A stretch of DNA of 50,126 nt, from positions 1,127,555 to 1,177,680 of the forward strand of contig NW_014577063.1 in the NCBI RefSeq assembly GCF_000485595.1. The letters are read 5' to 3'. How positions within the stretch are numbered: the stretch's first letter is position 1; the number at the start of each line of letters is the position of its first letter. The translations under genes were made by a program, and so were the position numbers. A model generated the notes under the pieces. That model was not told where the DNA came from. It ran no database searches and saw only the letters and a program-made list of their open reading frames with translations. Of this stretch, positions 36,919-50,126 are shown piece after piece. Source of the stretch: Priapulus caudatus (lineage: Eukaryota).

Positions 36919-37919
36919 CTCTGATTTAGCTTCTTGGGTCAGCTGAGCCGCTCGTAATAACATGATTACATAACTCGGTCATTCAACCGCAATCAGCAGA
37001 TGGCGCCACTTGCGGCTCATTTATAATCACGTGATACATTTTCTCGGCATATTTATCGTCGCGATGGGGGAATTTATCGGTGGTGCATATTAGGCGAATA
37101 TTGTTTATACGCGTGTGCAACGCGGGCGATAACAAAATAACGAGCCTTAGAGCAAAACGCTTCGATCGCAATAAATTGTCAAAGGTTAGCCCGCGTTTAC
37201 ACAGCGTTCAAAATAAGCAAACACACCGAAGCTAGCGAGGATGGATCCATTCACTGACGGGACAACTGTTGTTGTACGCGGCACGACGCAGTGTGATGCA
37301 CAACGGTAATGGCGAGTGCACGCTTCATCGTCATGAGAACCCACACTATAGTACAGGAGAGGAGCTAGGAGCCACGAATCAGATTAATTGTGCACTTTTT
37401 GAGAAAAGCACGAAAATTGGCACACGGATAGATTAAGATATGGTACATTCATATAAGATTGGGTACCCATCATTCTCCAACCACATGGTACCTGGTCGCC
37501 ATCTTGAAATTCCAGCTATTATTATCCATTTTCCTTCCTATTTCAGCTAATATTTAACAGAGAAACATGATCTTGGTGTCTAAACCAACATTATCGGGTG
37601 CGAGAAACCCATTTCAATCAAAGTCACTATCTCTAGATGGCTGCAATATTGAACCACACGACACACTGGGCGACGTTATTCTATCACTCGTGACTTGAAT
37701 AGCGATCCACTATAATGCGTCCGCGGCAAAACGGATGCGAAATATTACATAGAAAGAGAAGGCAGACACAGACGGCTCCACAGTGCATGCCGTTACGGCT
37801 TTTGTTCCAGTCGTGTGCTTATATAATTACAGCCATAGGGAAGATACATTGTTAGAATTTATATCAGCAATAAAGAATCTCAATTAATAATTAATAAACG
37901 CTTGATTGATATAACACAT

Positions 37920-37966
<47 letters not shown>

Positions 37967-38718
37967 GCCGCTAGCGGTTGCAATTTAGTTGGCGAGTGTG
38001 TGGCGTAGATGAATATGCTACATACTATAATATTTATAATTCAGCATCTATCTTCTTGCCATTAATTAAACTAGACAAGAGATTAAGCTCGGCAAAGCCA
38101 TGGAGACGCTGCCATGTTTACTACTCTGTGAAATTATCTGCTAAGTCGTAGTCAACAATTTAGCTCACCGGGAAAGGCTTCTTGGCGCCAGAGGCAACTA
38201 TTTACCTGGCTGCTAATCTGTCTAATCACATGTCAGCATCTTTCGTTCCTGCGGCGTTTTCGCCGTGTTTGCGAATGCTAAAGTAGATCGCACAATCAGG
38301 TTCACGAGATATAAAAACGTCGTGATACGACAAGTGCAGAATGCTACGCAAATATTCTCAATAGCCAAGAGCGGAGAACATATCGAATAGGTGCGTGATT
38401 TAATAGATGATCGTTGCCATGTTTCCGCTACATCGATAACAGGTAGTTAGTTGATATTAATATTCTATTGATATTGTAGCAGGCTACATGGAAAGTAAAC
38501 TAAAACGTTGACATAACGTTGACCAACGTAGACGCAACGTAAATTAATCCATTAATACGACGGCGTGTGAACGCGTGCATCTTGCCAAAGTGCTTGCGTG
38601 AACGCTTGCATGCGTGCGTACGTGCGTGCGTGCGTGCGTGCGTGCGTGTCTACATGCATACAAGCGCGCATGCGGGCCTGCGCATGTACGTTCGTACGCA
38701 CATACGTGTATGCATGTG

Positions 38719-38754
<36 letters not shown>

Positions 38755-40535
38755 TGGGTGCGTGCATGCGTGTGTGCGCGTGATCCTATTCAGGTAATGC
38801 GCAGGTGAAATGATTACACGAGACGCGTCTGCGAAACACCATTACATAATACATGCATGGAAAATAGGAATTCGGTAGATCGCGTATTTGCCTAGCAATA
38901 CCGATTACATGAATGCATATGCTTTTTATTGGATTTCGCCTCGTAGCGGCTGCGGCTATGGAGGTGACATTCATGTATAGAGAACCATCTCGATCGGTCC
39001 CTTGTGTTCGCTGTGCAAACACCAGCGTTTCTGTACGCCGTACAGCGACGACCTAAATCAACAATGGCACAATAAATGCTCTTCTGCTTGTGATCAAACA
39101 GGCATACGCATATATTTGATTGACCTCCATCCAGTGAGTACCAATCTATCTCAACTTCATCCGTTTCTTAGCTGAGACTATAGAAAACATTCTCGCAAAA
39201 GAAAGTGACATCAAATCTCTCCAACCACCCTTGGTCACCCCAAAACATCGATGCCGGTATAAAAGCTAGTCGGTCCTTATTTCGTATGGCGCCGCAGTGT
39301 GTATATGCATTATACTGTCGAGAATATATAGCATCGGTCGCATTATACGTCACAACGCGTCAGCACACGTTAACCTTTCCTGCTTAGGCATCCGTATAGT
39401 CACAGCTATATATATATTGTAAACATTTCGTAAAGCACGCGCGTGGACCGGATAGATGTATTTACAACCATTGCGTGATTGCTCGCCCAGTGTCGATACA
39501 CGGGAAGCGCGTGTAGTGGGCGTTCTTTCGTCTCGACAATAACTGTATACGTATTCCCACGTGAGTGCTATTTTTTTCACATTTTTCGAAAGTTCAGTTA
39601 GTTCCGAGAAGCGGTATGACGCTGCTTCAGATCACAGGCACTTGGAGCGTTTCAATAAATTAATTATAATGCTATTATTATATAATTATATACTATAATG
39701 CTATTACTAAAATATTAGAATGCTAATTAAATACGAAATCTATTTACTACCAAAGTCCTGACAACAGAAAGATATAGACAGAGAGACGGGAGCGAGAGAA
39801 TGAGTGGAAGAATGCGCGTGCATGGATAGAGAGAGAGAGGGAGCGAGAGAATAGATGACAGAAAGTGCGTGGAGAGAGAGAGGGGGGGATAGAGGGAGAG
39901 AGGGAGAGAAGGGGGAGGAAACGGTGAGAAAAGGGAAGACAGAAAGAAGGTTTAGGAGAAAGGTGGAGAGCTAAAAGAGGGAGAACAGCTATATAAAGAG
40001 TCGTGCTGCGACCACGACTCGCTTAGACTATCCGACGTCTAGTCTGATTTATGGCTTCGATATAGGCCGCCTCGTAATTGCGCATCTAAGGAAAGTACCG
40101 GCTGTAAAACGTTAGTTAATGCATGTAACTAGTGTTTTCATTGAAAACCGGACAGCAGCCGAGAGCCATAAACGTGGTAATTGACCCCCTTCTGCGATGT
40201 TATTGAACATCATCGTGCAGCCGAATATTCCATCTCGATTCTAATATGCGTTCGCGTCAGCAGTGCAGCATTTCGATTAATGGACAGGCCTGGCTTTGAT
40301 GCCTCTAATTTTACGGCCATACCGTGTAATAATGTAGCGCATGCGATCCACGTTTCGTGTGTGATAGTGCCTCATTCGCTCGCGGTTTCGATAACCGGGC
40401 CTGTACATGCTTTCCTGCTCCCGTTTCCGCTCTAGATCGACGAACGTCCGGCCTAACTTCGACGCTACTCGACGCGCCCTCTTGCGGTTCGTATTAACTA
40501 CGCAGCGATGTTCGTTCACTTGCGTCTTGTGTCTT

Positions 40536-40577
<42 letters not shown>

Positions 40578-40637
40578 TACAAATTGGGGTCGCCAGATAG
40601 ATAGAATCTTTCCAACTAATTCGGTAGCTGTTAGCTA

Positions 40638-40675
<38 letters not shown>

Positions 40676-40850
40676 AATGGAAAACAGCACTTGCCTATGG
40701 ACTGTCGATATTAACGTATAGTATATGCGAATAGAGGCTCATCCACAGTATAAGCTTACATTATTAAATCCATGTAACCTACAATCTGGCTTCAGACTTC
40801 AACGCGGAGTTGAATCGATATACGTAACCGGATATCGGTGTTTGCGCATG

Positions 40851-40931
<81 letters not shown>

Positions 40932-43012
40932 CCAGGCTTCTCTCGTTGTCTTCAATTTCTCCCCGTAACGCGTTAATCTATCGCGGCAAGACGCATCGAC
41001 AAACACCGCGTGCACGCAGCGTCGAGTCAATATTCTCTTGATGCGGCCATTATTCCCGCCTTTATTTCCTAATCGAAATCGCGTAGATGGCAACAACAGT
41101 GTCATACCGACGTTGATTGCTTTCCGGGCGCAGCGAATACGTAGCGAGCTGTAACGAGTTTCGTGCGTGCCCCGGCGGGTGCACGTACGTGCGTATAGCG
41201 CTATAAGTAGCGCAAATTGAAAAACACGCTGTCCGCCCTATACTCTGCGGTAGATCTTGTTTCCGACGGTCCGACGGTCCGAGATTGGCACCCGGGACGT
41301 GAGTTGCTATTGTCGAGGTGAAGGCCAGTTTAATCATCGAATTCGTTCATCGGCGAAACGGGTGTTATCGGAGAGAAATGGAAAATGATAAGCAACGGGT
41401 AGGTGCTCGACGCCAGGTGGCGCACTGAAACCGTCCGTGTTTCGTTGTTACGGCAAGCGTTCGCAGCTAGACGCCTCGTCACCATGTATATATAGACGGT
41501 TCGATTCTGGCACAATGGGCACCGAATTGTCGATAACTCCTTGCTTGTTTTCGAAAGCGGAAAATTCTTGTTGATAGAATGTGCTTGGTTTGTGTATACG
41601 TGTGACGAAACACTAGAGTGCGTTGAATAAATAGATCTATTATTCTCAGTATTGCTGCTTTCGCGATATTTGTTCGGAAAATCGCGTCCGTTATTGAACG
41701 AGTTTTGCTGACTCACCACCTACTTAATCTACTGCATTTAGGTAAGCGCTCGTAAATTTGTTAAAAAATGCTTCGTGATGTCAAATGAGGTAATAGTTAC
41801 TGAATGAAGTTTATACATTACAATTGTAAAAAACAGGGTTAAATCATGTGTGCGTGTGTATGTGTACGTGCGCGCGCGCGCGTGTGTGTGCGTGCGTACG
41901 TGCGTGCGTGTGTGTATGTGCGTGTGCCGGTCTGCTTTCAACATAGAAGTTGGTGGTAATAAAACAATATCTATTTTAGAGTTTTTCTACACAGCCTCTA
42001 CGTACGTCAAGCTTCTTCTCTTTTTCCTCATTTCGTTCGAAATATTAGCAATCGCGCCGGGAATTGTCACGAAGGCACGCAAGTAAGCGAATAATTAAAA
42101 AAAGACTCGAAACGAAATGCTTTCCGCATAATCTCGTGAATTTATCGGTTTCTGTGATAATCCTGCGTTTGATGCATGCGATGATATGTCAAACGGATTT
42201 CAATTTATTTTGTCATCGTCTTTTTGTCTCATTCTGGCGTTTACCAAATAATATGGCGATTACCAAATCATGGATGAATTCTACCTATCAAGATTCTACA
42301 CATTAACAATTCTTTTTCTGCTTTGATCGGGTTATTTTTTTATTTTTTGAAGACTTGCCTGGTTAGTATGCATGCACTTTTACCCACATATGAAAACAAA
42401 TAGGCTTCTTACTGATTATTTCATGAATATGCCAAAGAATTGCATATAAGATCAGGCCACGTTATTTTGAGAGCGATTACACACCGAACTGAAATTCGCC
42501 TATTGAATGTAATAGTTTAAGCGAATTTCTTTTACAGTGCTGGTAATGCTTGCAATAATGTCTCTTGTACTATAGACGAATAAACCCTAACCCTAACCCT
42601 AACGCTAGCTCATGGTTTTGAGAGTTTATTAGAAACACGATACATCATATGCATCACACCGCATCGCTACAACTTTTTACGGTCGTATTCTTCCGTGACC
42701 CCTGACACTGCTGCTGCTTCACATCGCATCCCAATGCATTCGTCCGTGAAATTGCGAACGATACGTATTATAACATGGGCAACGCGTGTGTACTACGTCC
42801 AAGATAGGTGCGTAGAGACAATTTGTCTGATCAATTTAAGGAATGCGCCTATTCGCCGGTTACTCATTAGCGACATTCCTCAATCGGAAACAGTGGGTCG
42901 TGCTTGCGTTACGAACGACAATGAGTCGAAGTTTAGTATCGGTGGTCATTCTATTGAATATAAATACTCGTCGCTGCAGTATAGGTATTACAACGATCGA
43001 TTCATCATCATT

Positions 43013-43830
43013 CCATCCATCCATCTGCACGTCCGCTGTCCGTCCGTCCGCTATCTGCTCATCTGTCCATCCGTCTCTTCGTTGTCCGTACGTCCGTTTC
43101 TTTGTTCGTTCGTCTGTCAGTTTGTCCGTCCGACCATCCGTCCGTTCTCGTTCGTCCGTCCGACCATCCGTCCGTCCTCGTTCGTCCATCCGTCCATTTG
43201 TCCGTCCGCGTTCAACCTCTCGTCCGTCCGTTCGTTCGTCCGTCCGTCCGTCCGTCTATCCGTCCGTCTGTCCGTTCGTTCGTCCGTCCAACCGTCCGTT
43301 CGTCCGTCCCTCCGTCCGTCTGTTCGTCCGTCCGTCCAACCGTCCGTTCGTCCGTCCGTCCGTCCGTTCGTTCGTCCGTCCGTCCGTCCGTCTATCNNNN
43401 NNNNNNCGTTCGTCCGTCCGACCATCCGTCCGTCCTCGTTCGTCCGTCCGACCATCCGTCCGTCTTCGTTCGTCCATCCGTCCATTTGTCCGTCCGCGTT
43501 CAACCTCTCGTCCGTCCGTTCGTTCGTCCGTCCGTCCGTCCGTACGTCCATTCGTCTGTCCGCCCGTCCGTCAGTCCGTTCGTCCGTCCGTTCGTACGTC
43601 CATCCGTCCGTCCGACAGTCCGTCCGTCTGTTGTTCGTCCACCAGTCCCTCCGTCCATCCGTCTGCCCGTCTGTCCGTCCGTCCGTCCGTTCGTCTATCC
43701 GTCCGTCAGTCCCTCCGTCTGTCTGTTCGTCCGTCCGTCCAACCGTCCGTTCGTCCGTCCGTCCGTCCGTCCGTTCGTTCGTCTGTCCGTCCGTCCGCCC
43801 GTCCGTTCGTCCGTCAGTCCGTCCGTCCGT
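43013..43830. repeat. (TCCG)n/(TTCG)n tetranucleotide array
   Basis: Visible; explains the 451/361/247-aa RPSV-type ORFs; gap at 43397-43406. Confidence 0.95.
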
Positions 43831-44163
43831 TTTTATGTCTATTAATTTTTTTGCTTGCCCATCTGCTCATTCAACCGTCGTTATACCTATCTGTCTGTCT
43901 CTCTATCTGTCTCTCTGCCTATCTCTAACTATATTGCCTCAGCAAAACTCTATTATCATCAATCGTTACCCCATCCCACCATGCGAAAATAGTGTCACGA
44001 GCTGCATCGCATCATGTCATTACTCTGATGATGTCCTCTCGAAAGCCTAATCTATCCCGCCACATTCAGTTACGTTCGTTTTGCCATAGTATTTATAATC
44101 CTTTCCCACCAGCCCACACTAATCCTAGTAACTGCATGACAAAGAGAATATATACTACGAAAT

Positions 44164-44225
44164 GTACAAATTGGGGTCGCCAGATAGATAGAATCTTTCC
44201 AACTAATTCGGTAGCTGTTAGCTAG
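44164..44225 (+). repeat. 62-bp exact direct repeat of 40577-40638, each followed by (TA)n
   Basis: gtacaaattggggtcgccagatagatagaatctttccaactaattcggtagctgttagctag at both sites. Confidence 0.92.
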
Positions 44226-45499
44226 TATATATATATATATATATACTGACCCCTGGTAAACTCATGGTAGAGTCAGAATGACTCTGATGCGAATAGCGTC
44301 CGGCGCTTGCCTGCCTGCCTCTGCCCATGCTCTTGTAACTGCCGCAAATTGGACATTAGCCTTCTCATACAGGGTGTGGCTGCCCGCTCTAGCGCACATT
44401 GTGTGCGCACGCCTACACGCGTGCGTGCGTAGCCTGCGATAAGCGCTGATGTATGGCAAACCCTTATAATCATTCGGAGATTAATTGCTAATGCTAAGCC
44501 AACGCGATACAACAATCCCGTCCAGGCAAAAGCGGACGGAATTGGAATGAAGCTGTTTAGAAATACGCTTGTCGCGAATAAGAGGTTGCAGTGCACCCAG
44601 GCTGAGAACGTGTACCTAATTGCATTCGGCGTTGAAACGCCGATTGAAAAACCTGCGCCGTGTAGGCTATATGTGGTATAACTTGAAGATAACGCGTTAT
44701 CGAGTGCTCGTTGCATTGTAGCAGAAGCGCGTTGTTTTCGCAAAGGAAAACGATTTTGAAATGCGTTTGACGCCCGTGAACATATGCGCATACGTGGTAT
44801 ATATTTTCCCATTAGTCGTACCTAATGCGACCATATTTCTTTTATTGGCTAGTATTTTTGTGTGTGAGTTGACTGTGATATGTGGTGATCAGTTCGTGTT
44901 ATCGATATTAGATAAGTGTATTCGAGCAGAAAAGGTTTAACGCGTTCGCTTCAACATTAAGAAATAAACACACAACGAAAGAGAAAGGGGACGAAGGAGA
45001 TAGTTACATAACTAGCCGTGGTTATCTAGTTATGAAGGTTAATTTAAACGTGAACTAAAACAGAATAGATTATCGGCAGCATGCATTTTGATCGTGAGTA
45101 ATTGGTCATCGTAATTAATATTCATAACATGAACGCTTTTAGGCGATGAATTAATTCGTTTTGGCCTTGAAATTACCTAATCTTAAAAATCGTGGAATGA
45201 CTTACTTACGACAGCCCGACATTTTATTGCAATTCATGGCGCAGCCAGGGATAATACGACGTCGTCCATGTTTTAAATTTGCGCATTTATCTACAATAAA
45301 TATGTCAGTTATGAATAGGAAAACACAGTTACGCAATAAGTCCGTGCGCAATCTGTTCCCTGTAATCATGAAAATTTATAAACGTTGGCAACTCGCGCCA
45401 CAATCGTGAAAACACAGGCATCCACTCATTTCCGTCCACTCGGCTCCTACGCACGCCTGCACGAATGCAATCATACTCACACGCACGCACGTACACACA

Positions 45500-45530
<31 letters not shown>

Positions 45531-45543
45531 GCGCACACACCCG

Positions 45544-45602
<59 letters not shown>

Positions 45603-45605
45603 CGC

Positions 45606-47826
45606 AGGCATTCTCTCTTGTCTTCACATTTCTCCCCGGTCAACGCGTTAATCTTCGCGCAAGACGCATCGACAAACACGGCGCGTGCGCACGCAGCGCG
45701 CAGTCAATATTCTCATTGCGATGCGGCCATCTATTCGCCCGCCTTTCATTTCCTAATCGAAATCGGTAGATTGCAACAACACAGTGTCATGACCGACGTT
45801 GTTGCTTTCAGGGCGCAGCGACATACGTAGCGCAGGCTGTACACGAGTTTTCGTGCGTGCCCGCGGGCGGGTCCACGTAACGGCGTATAGGGCGCTATAA
45901 GTAGCGGCAAAATTGAAAAACACGCTGCTGTCCGCCCTATACTCTGCTGTAGACTCATTGTTTCCGACGGTCCGACGGTCGCGAGATTGGCGCACCCCGG
46001 ACTGTGAGTTGCTATGTGCGAGGTGAAGGCCAAGTTTAATCATCGAATTGCGTTCATCGCGAAACGGGTGTTATCGGAGTAGAAATGGAAAAATGATAAG
46101 GCACACGGGTATGGTGACTCGACGCCAGTCCGCACGTGAACACGGTCCGTGTTCTTTGTTACGGCAGGCAGTTCGCAGCTAGACGCCTGCGTCCATATGT
46201 ATAATATAGACGGTTCGATTCTGGCACAATGGGCAAGCGCGAGTTGTCGATAAACTCCCTTGCTTTGTTTTCGAAAAGCGGAAATTCTTTGTTGATAGAA
46301 TGTGCCTTGTTGTGGTAATACGTGTGATCGAAACACTAGAGGTGGCGTTGAATAAATAGATCTATTATTCTCAGCTAGTTGGCTGCTTTCCGCGATATTT
46401 TGTTCGGAAAATCGCGTCGTTATTGAACGAGTTTTGCCTGAGCTCACGACCTATTAATCTACTGGCATTTAGGTTAAGCGCTCGTAAATTTTGTTAAAAA
46501 TGCTTCGTGATGTCAAATGACGGTTAATGTTAGCTGAATGCAAGTTATACATAACAATTGTAAAAGAAACAACAGGGTTATAATCATGTGTGGCGTGTGT
46601 ATGGATGTCGATGCCAGCGGCTGCGGTGCGCCGTGGTGTTTGCGGTCCTAGTGCGCTTGGTGGCTGTGTAATGTGCGTGTGCCGGTTCTGCTTTCAACAT
46701 AGAAGGTTTGGTGGTAATAAAACAATATCTATTTAGATGTTTGCTTCTACACAGCCTCTACGGGGTACGCAAGTCTTCTCTTTTTCCTCTATTTCGTTGC
46801 GAAATATAGCAATCGCGCCGGGAATTGGTCAGCGAAGGCACGCCATGTAAAGCGAATAATTAAAAAAAGACTCGCAAACGAAAATGCTTTCGCATAATCT
46901 CTGGTGAATTTAATCGGGTTTTCTGCTGATAATCCTGCGTTTGATGCATGCGATGCATATGTCAAACGGACTTCAATTTATTTTGTCATCTCTTTTTGTT
47001 TATTCTGGCTGTTTACCGAAATAATATGGCGTATTACCAATCATGCGATGAATTCTTACCTATCAAGAGTTCTACACATTAACAATTCTTTTTCTGCTTT
47101 GGATCGGCGTTATTTTTTTATTTTTTGAAGAGCTTGCCTGGTTAGTGATCATTGCACTTTTACCGCACATTATGAAAACAAATAGGCTTCTACTTGATTA
47201 TTTCATGAAATATGCGAAAGAATTGCATATAAGATCATGGCCACGTTATTTTGAGAGCGATTACATCACCGAACTGAAATTCAGCCTATTGAGATGTAAA
47301 GTTTAAGCGATTCCTCTGCAGTGCTGGTTAATGCCCTTGCATATAATGGTCTCTTTGTACTATAGACGAATAAACCGCTAAGCGCTAACGCGCTAACGCT
47401 TAGCTCTATAGGTTTTGAGAGTTTATTTGAAACACGATCCATGCATATGCATTCACACGCATCGCCCTAAACTTTTTACGGTCGTATTCTTCCGTGACCC
47501 GCTGCACACTGCCTGCTGCTTGCACATCGTGCTCTCCAATGCATTGCATCTCGTGGAAATTGCAACGATACGTATATAAACATGGGCACGCGTGTGTACT
47601 ACGTCCAGATAGGTGCGCGTAGTAGACAATTTGTTGATCCAAACTTTAAGGGAATGCGCGCTTATTCGGCGGGTTCACTCAATTAGCGATCATTCCTCAA
47701 TCCGGAACCAGTGGTTCGTTGGCTTTGCGGTTCTACGAACGAACGGAATGCAGTCGAAGTTTAGATACCGGTGGTCATTCTTATTGAATATACAATACTC
47801 GTCGCTGCCAGTATGGTATTACAGCG
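45606..47826 (+). repeat. Insertion-rich duplicate of 40934-42993
   Basis: Colinear over ~2.1 kb (ttgtcttca..tttctcccc, ccgacggtccgacggtc, gattctggcacaatgggc, ggccacgttattttgagagcgattac) with excess single-base insertions. Confidence 0.93.
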
Positions 47827-47924
47827 CAGCGGACGATGCGACCCGCCATCGAGTTCTGAATGTAGTGCTGTTCATTGAGTAAGTCTGCCAGTCGCGGGCC
47901 TAAGTCCATCCGCTGTGCCGGTGT

Positions 47925-47981
<57 letters not shown>

Positions 47982-48651
47982 TGCGTGCATGTGTGTGTAG
48001 GTGTGTGTGTGCGCGCGCGCGTGTGTGTGTGCGCGCGCGTGTGAGTTTGTGGTACCCAAGGGCACGAAGCCCTAGAAGACGAAGCCCTAGAAGACGAAGC
48101 TCTAGTATCATATCACGCAGGCTGCCTGTTAGAAGTGACGCATGTCGCCGACGGGAAAAGCCACAAGCGCGCAGTGGGATCGCCAAAGCTGTCTGTAGAC
48201 AGACACTACTCATCTATCCACGCGATGGCGTGCATCAGATTAGCACGTGAAGATCGATAACAATTTCGCGATATTTCATTATCAAGAATTGTCGATACTA
48301 AGCGGTACGTTGGTGTGATCAGGTTGGCTAAATCAGCGGCTACATGTACCGATGAGCTTGTTCGATTGCGGCAGCGAGCGCAGATGAGAAAGCGGTCCGA
48401 GGGAAAGTGATTTGATTTTGAAGTGACTCGTCTATTTTCGGTCGGTGAGCTAGTAAGCAAGCACTTACGTTAATTGCCTGCTGTTGGTCAGCGTTATTAA
48501 ATGCAATAACGATCGTTTGTGCGACTCGCCCGTACCGGTGAACGAAAGCCGAAAAGAGCATCTGTGTCCCTCTGCCAATTCACCCCCAACCAACTTCGCC
48601 TGAACCAACACCCGCGCATGCAAACACGCACACACGCACGCGCACAGAGAC

Positions 48652-48696
<45 letters not shown>

Positions 48697-49003
48697 CAAA
48701 TACACACACACACACGCGCGCGCGCGCACACACACACGCACACACACACACGCGCGCGCGCGGACACACACACACACACAAACACACGCGCGCGCGCGCG
48801 AACGCACAAGCACGCACACACGGACACCTGAACCCGCACAAGCACACGCACATACGCGCAAGCACGCACACACGCACACGCACATACGCACAAGCACGCA
48901 CACACACACGCACGTTCGCACGAACGCGCGCCCACTCCCTCGCCGTAACTGATCTTCTGTAGGTGTTTATCTCGTTGTCGCTCTTCGTCGTGTGTACTTC
49001 GTC

Positions 49004-49358
49004 GTGGTATCGCCCTGCCGCTTTGCGTTCTGTTATTTTCTGTTTTGTCAGTTCTGTTCTTTAGTATTTCTTGCAGTTCTATTCTTTTCTGTTTCTTTCA
49101 GTTCTGTTTCTGTTTCTTTCCTTTCTGTCACGTAAACACGTGCCAGATGAGTGCGTGGTATCGCTCTGCCGCTTTGCGTTCAGTTATTTTCTGTTTTTTC
49201 AGTTCTGTTCTTTAGTATTTCTTGCAGTTCTGTTCTTTTCTGTTTCCTTCAGTTCTGTTCTTTTCTGTTTCTCACAGTTCTATTCTTTTCTGTTTCTTTC
49301 AGTTCTGTTCTTTTCTGTTTCTCGCAGTTCTATTTTTTTCTGTTTCTTTCTCGTTTCT
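49004..49358. repeat. Pyrimidine-rich ~24-bp minisatellite (cagttctgttcttttctgtttct..) within a ~150-bp duplication
   Basis: gtggtatcgc.ctgccgctttgcgttc.gttattttctg occurs at ~49004 and ~49155, each followed by cagttct(g/a)ttcttt units. Confidence 0.85.
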
Positions 49359-50051
49359 CTCGCGGACGGACTAGTCTCGGAGTACAGAGTCAAGTGCGCG
49401 CGTGCCTGCGGACGCTGATGCGTGCACGAGTATACCTGTCAACATCACTGAAAATATCGCGTTCGAGACCAATCGCATTACACGCAGAAAAAAAACGTAT
49501 AATATCAGGTGTGGTATTTCGAGTCGGCGATTAAAAAGCCCGTAGCCTCCGACACGACAGAATATTTCTAATTCGGCGATGCTATGTGTGCGGTTCTCGG
49601 TAAATCGGTAACGCAGTTGAAATTGTTTCAGATGCATAATGTAATAATGTCAAACGAGCGAGGAACTCGGGACTCCCTCCCCATCGGAACTCCGTGAGTT
49701 GAGAGCTGTAATTAGGCATTATAATTAGTCAAATGCGCGCCGAACATCTATCTATTCATTCATGGATATAGACTAGTATTATGCCGCGGGAATATTATAA
49801 GCCATACGCATGTGACCTATTGATAATGACAAATGAATGCAGAATGTTGCGATTTCGCTCGATTACTGTTTTTATGTTACGCCCACATTTATTTATCATT
49901 CACGTGCATTCAGGAAATTATAGAAAATAGTCTCAATAGGGGAAATGATGTGAAAAGGCGGATAAGCTCGTTTTATGCTGCCGTGAGTCATAATAGACGT
50001 CAAAATAAAGCCATATAAAATCATATTATGGATAATCTATATACCTACCTA

Positions 50052-50052
50052 A

Positions 50053-50126
<74 letters not shown>
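50052..50126. repeat. (CTAT)n microsatellite
   Basis: Perfect tetranucleotide run to the window end. Confidence 0.97.

Noticed and set aside
37368..37640. Possible DNA transposon fragment (gccatcttgaaattc motif)
   Set aside because: No second terminus, TSD or transposase sequence visible; needs a repeat-library search.
42585..42602. (CCCTAA)3 telomere-like repeat
   Set aside because: Only three units and interstitial; too short to indicate a telomere or fusion.
42695..44050. 451-aa and overlapping long ORFs
   Set aside because: Generated by the stop-free (TCCG)n array and span an N-gap.
48063..48105. Three 15-bp units acgaagccctagaag (SPRRR peptide)
   Set aside because: Short tandem repeat with no supporting gene structure.

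Overview
This is eukaryotic (invertebrate animal, probably protostome) genomic DNA, rich in microsatellites and N-gaps; nearly all ORF-track entries are spurious. Three spliced genes can be reconstructed by hand. (1) The 3' end of an ether-a-go-go (eag/KCNH1-5 type) K+ channel lies on + (CNBHD exon 12825-13021, terminal exon 17849-19423). (2) A six-exon, ~396-aa melatonin-receptor-like class A GPCR lies on - (26042-20328), tail-to-tail with eag. It has a GC-AG intron, and its last intron ends in a 15-bp minisatellite whose sense strand is a tandem array of the branch-point consensus TACTAAC. (3) A three-coding-exon, 91-aa agatoxin-like (8-Cys, ICK-type) neuropeptide precursor lies on - (32345-29818) and is not represented in the ORF track. 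Much of 1-17590 and 45606-47826 consists of insertion-riddled copies of sequence found cleanly elsewhere, most likely raw long-read gap-fill or assembly redundancy rather than real paralogues. Several small inverted-repeat (MITE-like) elements are present. All calls come from manual reading and family motif knowledge; no searches were run.
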